Shown here one piece after another: positions 58,352-64,000 of a stretch of 64,000 bases of DNA. The first letter of the stretch is position 1; every line of letters begins with the position of its first letter. The translations under genes were made by a program, and so were the position numbers. Location: the IMG/VR virus record IMGVR_UViG_3300045988_162908; one strand, 5' to 3'. The DNA comes from a virus. The notes beneath the pieces were generated by a model. It did not search any database. It was not told the DNA's origin and saw nothing but the letters and a program-made list of their open reading frames with translations.

Positions 58352-59005
58352 ATGAAAGAGAAGATAAAGCTTACTCATGAGCAGATACAGAAGATAGCGG
58401 AAGGTATCAATGTTATTTGCTTCAAGCGCAACCCCAAGAATCTGGATGAATATGTGCTTTTGGAATACCCAAGAGTAGATGTTTTTCATCAGTCTTGCAT
58501 TTGGAAAGACCCATCTTTTGATTATGATCATCAGAAGGAAGTAAAGCAAACGTTCCTTTCTTTTGAGGCAGAACATACCTATGGCGCAAAAGAGTTGTTC
58601 AAGCCCAGTCTTGCCGAAGTTATTCAGGCTATGCCTCTTGATTTAATAGGAAAGGTGAATGCTTTTACTATCAAATATGATGGTTTTACAGAGGACTGTT
58701 CCAAGCATAAGAGCGTTGTGACTCCTTATCTTATTGGTGCAAAAATAGTGAAGATACCACCTGTAAAAGATAAAAAGGAAGAATGCCGTTTGCATCCGTC
58801 ATCATTAAAGATAGGCGATCTTGTTGGTACCGTTCTCGATAAGTATTGTCGGGTAAGTATAGATGTAGTTATGCCGAATATGCACTTAGAATCTGTATGG
58901 CAGAGTACATTAGATGACGTACCTGAAGAATACCTTAACTGTTCTTTCCGTCCAATAGATATTGTTACGGATTTTGAAGACCGTATTCATTTGATTGTCA
59001 ACTGA
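58352..59005 (+). CDS. hypothetical protein (cassette flanked by direct repeats)
   Basis: 217-aa ATG ORF. Confidence 0.65.
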   Translation: MKEKIKLTHEQIQKIAEGINVICFKRNPKNLDEYVLLEYPRVDVFHQSCIWKDPSFDYDHQKEVKQTFLSFEAEHTYGAKELFKPSLAEVIQAMPLDLIGKVNAFTIKYDGFTEDCSKHKSVVTPYLIGAKIVKIPPVKDKKEECRLHPSSLKIGDLVGTVLDKYCRVSIDVVMPNMHLESVWQSTLDDVPEEYLNCSFRPIDIVTDFEDRIHLIVN

Positions 59006-59010
59006 TTTTT

Positions 59011-59070
59011 AAAGGTAAAAGAGTAAAAAGGTGAAAAAAGTAAAAAGAGCATTCTTGCTTCTGAAAGTAA
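59011..59070. repeat. GTAAAAAG-type dispersed repeat (forward arm)
   Basis: AAAGGTAAAAGAGTAAAAAGGTGAAAAAAGTAAAAAGAGCATTCTTGCTTCTGAAAGTAAAAA. Confidence 0.9.
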
Positions 59071-59093
59071 AAAAAAATAAAAACAATAAGATT

Positions 59094-60305
59094 ATGAGTT
59101 TATATACAAAACAAGAAAAGGTGAAATCCCTTTGGCATCCTATTACCGATGAGGATTTTGATATTGATTTCAGCAAGCCGTTTGTCGTCTGTTGTGTTGA
59201 CACTTCTCTCTTTATCGTGAAAGATTTTGCAGATATGTTTAACTATCTGGATGAAGACCGATTCTACGATGTCAAGACGCAAGCCTTGACTGAAGAAGGC
59301 AAAGAGGAATTTCGAGAAGACTATTTCGGTTATATGTATCTCGACGATGAGTTTTACCAGGCGATAGAAGGGGAAAAAGGAAAGTATCTTGAGGACGTGA
59401 AGGGTAATATAGAAAGACCGAATTTGTTTGTTATGGCCAAAACGGGACCGAGAATATTCACCCGTTCCGATTTCGAGCCGGATGGCAGTCCTTTAATTTG
59501 CTTTACCAGTAACCTGAGTAAGGATTTCGCTGCAATATATCCCGAACTATATCACGTAGAGTATATCGTTAATCTGGATCGAGTTTCAAAAACCCAGCTT
59601 AGTGCTTTGTTCAGAGCTCCTCTTGATAAGCCTAAGACCGCTTACGTTGTAACATCGGGCCCGTATAGCGACTATCGTGTCGATGGAGTGTTTTCTGATA
59701 AAGAGAAAGCAAATTCTTTTGCTGCTAAAGCCTATGATAGGGCTATTGAACGACATAATATTGATGACGAGGAGCAGCTTCGAGAGGAAAACTGGTACGG
59801 AATTGATGTTTTTATAAGTAAATCCTCAAAAGTAAAGGGCGTTCTTGTTAATGATTTATGCAAGTCTGATAGATATTTCGATGCGGTAAGGTTTACGCTT
59901 AGAGAAGGTGCAAATGATTGTTTTTCATTTTATCTGAAAGCTCTCAATCGTGATAAGGCAGAAGCTATAGCTTTGGAGCGTTTTCATGCTCTATTGGCAG
60001 TAGAATCTTCTCATTTCCCTATGTTAAGATGGACGCGTGTTAGAGAACCTTATTGTAGTTCTGATGGTTTCCAAGAAGGTCTCGCATTTGGGTATTTCGA
60101 TTATAAAGCTTATCTAAGTAAGAGGACGGAGCGAGTACAAGACCTGTTTATGAAGATCAAAGATTCCTTACCTATTCCATTGACTGACGAGGACAAGGAT
60201 CATATCGACTGGCAAAATCTTACAGAGGCCGTTTGTCTGCAGCTTATGGATAGTCATGGCTTAAAGGTAGAAATGAAAGAAGATTTGCCTATGGTGTTTA
60301 TGTGA
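59094..60305 (+). CDS. hypothetical protein
   Basis: ATG at 59094 (MSLYTKQEKV...). The ORF-track start at 59031 lies inside the repeat. Confidence 0.65.
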   Translation: MSLYTKQEKVKSLWHPITDEDFDIDFSKPFVVCCVDTSLFIVKDFADMFNYLDEDRFYDVKTQALTEEGKEEFREDYFGYMYLDDEFYQAIEGEKGKYLEDVKGNIERPNLFVMAKTGPRIFTRSDFEPDGSPLICFTSNLSKDFAAIYPELYHVEYIVNLDRVSKTQLSALFRAPLDKPKTAYVVTSGPYSDYRVDGVFSDKEKANSFAAKAYDRAIERHNIDDEEQLREENWYGIDVFISKSSKVKGVLVNDLCKSDRYFDAVRFTLREGANDCFSFYLKALNRDKAEAIALERFHALLAVESSHFPMLRWTRVREPYCSSDGFQEGLAFGYFDYKAYLSKRTERVQDLFMKIKDSLPIPLTDEDKDHIDWQNLTEAVCLQLMDSHGLKVEMKEDLPMVFM

Positions 60306-60321
60306 TTAGCAAGTAGTCTCT

Positions 60322-60702
60322 ATGATTTATAGAAAAGATATGATGATACAAATTCAAGATTGGGAGTCATCCCAAAAGATTATTATCACGGATGAAATCA
60401 ACCACGGTACCGTACAGGTGGAGATACCAAAGCCTGGACCATACAAGGATGAGTATTACCAGTATGCCGATTGCGCTATCTACAACCTTTGGGTAGATGA
60501 GAAATACCGCAAGCGGGGAACGGCTCGTCTCCTGATGGAGACCGCAGAGCGGGAAGCCAAGAAACTTGGCTGCAAATTAGTGCAACTGGAGTGGAACGAT
60601 AAAGATACCGAGGTTTTCGTTCTCGAATGGTATAAACGCCTTGGCTATCATGTAAAGGCATTGAACGAAAACGATCGGCTGTTGCTGGTAAAGGAAATTT
60701 AA
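60322..60702 (+). CDS. GNAT-like acetyltransferase
   Basis: IYNLWVDEKYRKRGTARLLMETAEREAKKLGCKLVQLEW...LEWYKRLGY. 126 aa. Confidence 0.6.
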   Translation: MIYRKDMMIQIQDWESSQKIIITDEINHGTVQVEIPKPGPYKDEYYQYADCAIYNLWVDEKYRKRGTARLLMETAEREAKKLGCKLVQLEWNDKDTEVFVLEWYKRLGYHVKALNENDRLLLVKEI

Positions 60703-60736
60703 AATCCTTTGTCCTCACCATTTAATATTAAATTAT

Positions 60737-60744
60737 TAACTTTG
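60737..60744 (+). promoter_or_regulatory. -7 promoter box TAACTTTG
   Basis: Exact TAnnTTTG followed by CA, 19 nt before ATG 60763. Confidence 0.5.
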
Positions 60745-60762
60745 CAAACAGAAAATAAGAAT

Positions 60763-61305
60763 ATGAATGAAACAGAAAAGCAGATGATGCTGCAACTGAT
60801 GAATGAGTTTTACTCGTTTATGGAAGGCTCTGCCGGTAAAATGAACTTTGAAAATAATACCCTATGGGAAGAGATTGTAAACCTCGACCAGGAATGTGGT
60901 AATTATCGAGAAGTTGTAGTGGAAATCTATTTCACTGATGGAAGGTATATTCAACTGCATAACCACAGTTTTGAGTCACTTATCAATAATAGATATTGTG
61001 GTGACGATATTCAGCTAATTCCAGACGAGAATGGACAACGTTTCCTTTCGATGGGAGGATTGGGAACATGTACTTATGAAGTTTATGTTCCGATGATTAG
61101 CGTCAGTTATGATGATCCTGAAATGGGGCAAACGTTAACCAGTTTCCCTATCTCCTCCGTTTATCGCATATCCCACAGTACCAAAAAGGTGAAGTGGTGC
61201 GAGAAGTGGAGAAAGTTAAGTCCGGAAGATATGAAGTTGCATGAGACTATCTTTCGGAACTTTCGGGAAAAGTATCTCAGTGAGCAGGCTGAAAAGAAGA
61301 AATAG
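60763..61305 (+). CDS. hypothetical protein
   Basis: ATG at 60763 (MNETEKQMML...) downstream of the -7 box. Confidence 0.6.
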   Translation: MNETEKQMMLQLMNEFYSFMEGSAGKMNFENNTLWEEIVNLDQECGNYREVVVEIYFTDGRYIQLHNHSFESLINNRYCGDDIQLIPDENGQRFLSMGGLGTCTYEVYVPMISVSYDDPEMGQTLTSFPISSVYRISHSTKKVKWCEKWRKLSPEDMKLHETIFRNFREKYLSEQAEKKK

Positions 61306-61386
61306 TCTTGTAGTGTTTTCTCAATATCTACTTAATGTTTTTATTTATAGTAGTTTTAATTTTATGGTTAAACAGAATTTAAGAAA

Positions 61387-61420
61387 CTCCTTCGTTGTGA
61401 AACGCGGGAATCTTTGTTTT
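61387..61420 (+). terminator. conserved terminator hairpin (copy B)
   Basis: CTCCTTCGTTGTGAAACGCGGGAA followed by TCTTTGTTTTT. GTGA loop. Confidence 0.55.
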
Positions 61421-61485
61421 TCTTCATAAGTTCTCATGTATTGAAATATACAGATAGATAATACCAATTTCGTTACTTTTGAGGA

Positions 61486-61526
61486 AGAGGGGCGGTTGTC
61501 GCGATGACACCCGCCCTTCGTTTTTT
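61486..61526. terminator. GC-rich hairpin between convergent genes
   Basis: GGGCGG (61490-95) pairs with CCGCCC (61511-16), followed by T6 on the + strand, 7 nt from the terL stop. Confidence 0.55.
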
Positions 61527-61532
61527 ACCTTC

Positions 61533-63536
61533 TTAAACGTTCCTTCCGTCCGGCAGCACGAACCAGCCGATATTGCCTCGCCAGAATTTGCATCCTAAAT
61601 ATAGAGAGTCAAAGGCATCGGTAAAGTCAGTTCTTTGCTGCAACGGCAGATTTTCTTCCGTTTCCGGCTTCTTTTCCTGACTCTTATCCTTTCGGAATCC
61701 CTGATAGCCGATACTTACCTCACAAAGCTGCAGGGCAATAATCAGGTCGGGATTGTTAAGCTGATTGATGCGGATGGCAGGATATTCTATGCCAGCAAGA
61801 CCATTATTGATGATGCGGTGCTTCACCTCATGATTCTCCGGCACACCCATATCTATTGCCGTCACATTCCAACCATTGCGCTCCAACTCTTTAATCACTG
61901 CCTGATAGAATCGCTCATCAGTCAGCGCATACGATGCACCCTGTTTTGCCGTAGAATCGTAGAAGTAAACCACATCACGGTTTACGGCTCTCTTGGGCGC
62001 ATAATAGCGAGAGAAATCATCTACCAACTCCCTCAGCTTGCGCTCGTTCTTCACATAGAAGCTCTTGATAACATTCACTGCCTCTACTCCGTCACGTTGA
62101 TATACCTGACCTACCACCAACGTATTGATGTTGGCGTTATAGTCAAATGCGAGATAAAGAGGAAGGTCGTTTATGCAGTCGCTATCCATACGGCAGTCGT
62201 TTCTCTCGGACAGCTCTTTCAAGTCCGGTTGATAGCTTTCTGACGTAATCTTTTTGCCGCCGATGATGCCCGTAGCCTTTTTTGTTTCCCACTTCGCCAC
62301 TGAGAGCGGATCTATCTCGTTGTCGGGGATATAACCGTGTACCCTATCTATATCCAGGTTAGAGTAAAAACCGTCATTTGATTTCTTGATTTTGATGTTC
62401 AATATTGAAACGGCGAAGGTATAGGCAGGGAGATCTCGCTTTAACTGCCTGATGTAATCCTCACCGAGAATGTCCACATTCTCGAGAGTAGATGCCCTGC
62501 GTACTACGAAAGCTGAACGCCTCAATTCTCTCAGATATTTATCTTGGAATTTCTTAGAACGTAAAAACATCTGCATCTCGAAATCCTCTTCTGGCGTAAT
62601 CAGATATTCGTAATCATAGATGAGTTCGGCATCTTCTGCAGTAACCAGTTTGTAGTTTACCGCCATATCTACCATGTTTTTGGTAAGATGATTTCCGTGT
62701 TTAGGTAGAATACGAAACATGCCCTCATGCTTCAGCATTTTCAATGCTATTGCACGAATCATCGTTCTTACTTCCGCAGGAACCACATGGGGTGTGTGTC
62801 TTGATTTTTGGGCATTATAGAGGAGGTCATTGTAAAAGATAACTTTATTAGCATATTCTTCCAACTGCTCCTGCACCCATCGGTAGGTTTTACCTTTAAA
62901 AAGTCCGTTCTCTATCACTATGTCTAACTTCTCATCTTCTCTTTCCAGCCAACTGCCTTTTGCGGTCAGAGCAGCATCGGAAACGAAAAGCCTACCTCTA
63001 TAGTAAGGGTTATATTCAGAAAACTCTATATTGCCTAATGGATGAGTCTGTCCTGATAGAGAAGGCATAAACTCCTCGTCGATTTTCTTTTTGTTTGCAA
63101 ATCTACCTTCATCCAAAATGGCGTGTGAAAACGTATAAGAGTTTGCTGATGCAGTTTGTGCAAGGGATATGGAAGCCCATTGTGCGCCGTTGGCGAACCA
63201 TATAATATTATCATAATTTTTTGGCTTAAAAATGGCAGGGCGGGCATGTTTCGGTGGCCTTCCCCATCCCATGTGAATACCTATTGTGAAGCCAAACATT
63301 CGTTCCATGGCTGCCATGGTACCAGGAATAGTTTTAGAAAATGCTTGCTGTCTTGAAATAGCAAGCCAAGCTCCCAACATGCCGGGCATAGAGTTTGATA
63401 CCGCCCATACGCGTGGCGCTACCAATCCGTCTGTTTTACCGGTACGTCGTCCAGCTATGACGATTTCGTCTTTTGCTCCCATATAAAAGAGTTCTTGCTG
63501 GAATCTGTTTAAATATATCTGATGTGGTTGCTGCAT
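61533..63536 (-). CDS. terL: terminase large subunit
   Basis: 667 aa. Walker A-like VIAGRRTGKTD near the N-terminus, Walker B-like HAILDEGRF, and a C-terminal nuclease-size domain. Confidence 0.75.
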   Translation of the reverse strand: MQQPHQIYLNRFQQELFYMGAKDEIVIAGRRTGKTDGLVAPRVWAVSNSMPGMLGAWLAISRQQAFSKTIPGTMAAMERMFGFTIGIHMGWGRPPKHARPAIFKPKNYDNIIWFANGAQWASISLAQTASANSYTFSHAILDEGRFANKKKIDEEFMPSLSGQTHPLGNIEFSEYNPYYRGRLFVSDAALTAKGSWLEREDEKLDIVIENGLFKGKTYRWVQEQLEEYANKVIFYNDLLYNAQKSRHTPHVVPAEVRTMIRAIALKMLKHEGMFRILPKHGNHLTKNMVDMAVNYKLVTAEDAELIYDYEYLITPEEDFEMQMFLRSKKFQDKYLRELRRSAFVVRRASTLENVDILGEDYIRQLKRDLPAYTFAVSILNIKIKKSNDGFYSNLDIDRVHGYIPDNEIDPLSVAKWETKKATGIIGGKKITSESYQPDLKELSERNDCRMDSDCINDLPLYLAFDYNANINTLVVGQVYQRDGVEAVNVIKSFYVKNERKLRELVDDFSRYYAPKRAVNRDVVYFYDSTAKQGASYALTDERFYQAVIKELERNGWNVTAIDMGVPENHEVKHRIINNGLAGIEYPAIRINQLNNPDLIIALQLCEVSIGYQGFRKDKSQEKKPETEENLPLQQRTDFTDAFDSLYLGCKFWRGNIGWFVLPDGRNV

Positions 63537-63572
63537 AATAGTAAGTTTTGTTATCCTGAAAGTATGTTGATC

Positions 63573-64000
63573 TTAAAACAGAGAAGGCTGCATCATTTCT
63601 AACTTGATGCGTTTGCAAGCCTTGTCGTAATATTCTTTGTTCAGTTCAAAGCCGATGAAGTTGCGCTTTTCGCGGATGGCTGCGATAGCAGTAGTACCGC
63701 TGCCCATGCAGTTGTCTAAGATAGTGTCGCCCTCGTTGGAGTAGGTGCGGATGAGATACCGAATAAGAGCGACTGGCTTTTGAGTGGGGTGGAAGGTATC
63801 GGCAGAATGTTCCTTGTCAAAGCAGATAACACTTCTCGGAAACTTTTCATCACCCATATTGGTAGGAACCTCGTTGTGATTACCATAACAACCCATTTTC
63901 CTCTGATGCGGTCCGTTACCACGATCGTGGTTTCTCTGATGTGGCGCGCATTTTACCATTTGAGGATTGTAGATAGGTTGTTTCCGATAGAATACTGCAA
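63573..64000 (-). CDS. DNA methyltransferase (N6A/N4C, PF01555-like), 5'-truncated by the window edge
   Basis: FHPTQKPVALIRYLIRTYSNEGDTILDNCMGSGTTAIAA is the HPTxKP plus FxGSGT signature. The frame stays open upstream of the listed ATG to nt 64000 (...KQPIYNPQMVK...). Confidence 0.8.
   Translation of the reverse strand, partial: AVFYRKQPIYNPQMVKCAPHQRNHDRGNGPHQRKMGCYGNHNEVPTNMGDEKFPRSVICFDKEHSADTFHPTQKPVALIRYLIRTYSNEGDTILDNCMGSGTTAIAAIREKRNFIGFELNKEYYDKACKRIKLEMMQPSLF

Noticed and set aside
1-64000. Integrase / attP for a chromosomally integrating prophage
   Set aside because: No tyrosine- or serine-recombinase motifs were seen in any listed ORF. This absence is limited to the window and cannot exclude a gene outside it.

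Overview
This 64-kb window looks like a contiguous piece of a tailed-phage genome from a Bacteroidota host, probably Prevotella/Bacteroides-like. The host call is an inference from repeated TTTG-N20-TAnnTTTG promoters, lipoprotein signal peptides and the absence of Shine-Dalgarno sites. About 85 genes are almost all on the + strand. From left to right the window contains:
- Two large tail-fibre-like genes. The second is the target of a complete diversity-generating retroelement (VR, avd, TR, RT at 3.4-8.1 kb).
- A lysis-like cassette.
- A lipoprotein moron.
- An HTH regulator and antirepressor-like switch region.
- About 30 small genes (15-27 kb), organised by two different conserved motifs placed directly 5' of their start codons.
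- A plasmid-type maintenance module: ParA, an RHH partner, centromere-like repeats, six 22-bp iterons and a Rep initiator (29-32.7 kb).
- A second HTH regulator with three copies of a 10-mer operator candidate.
- A replication module: DEDDh exonuclease, a 1229-aa primase-helicase-like protein and a beta sliding clamp.
- A paralog-rich auxiliary module (44-61 kb) with three GNAT-like, two ASCH-like and two radical-SAM genes. Each radical-SAM gene is paired with the same 87-aa Cys-motif protein.
- A large terminase gene and a 5'-truncated DNA methyltransferase gene, both on the - strand.

I recognised no integrase, transposase, tRNA, rRNA or CRISPR array. Together with the par/rep module this suggests a phage-plasmid lifestyle. 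All functional calls come from motifs read by eye and need HMM or structure confirmation.
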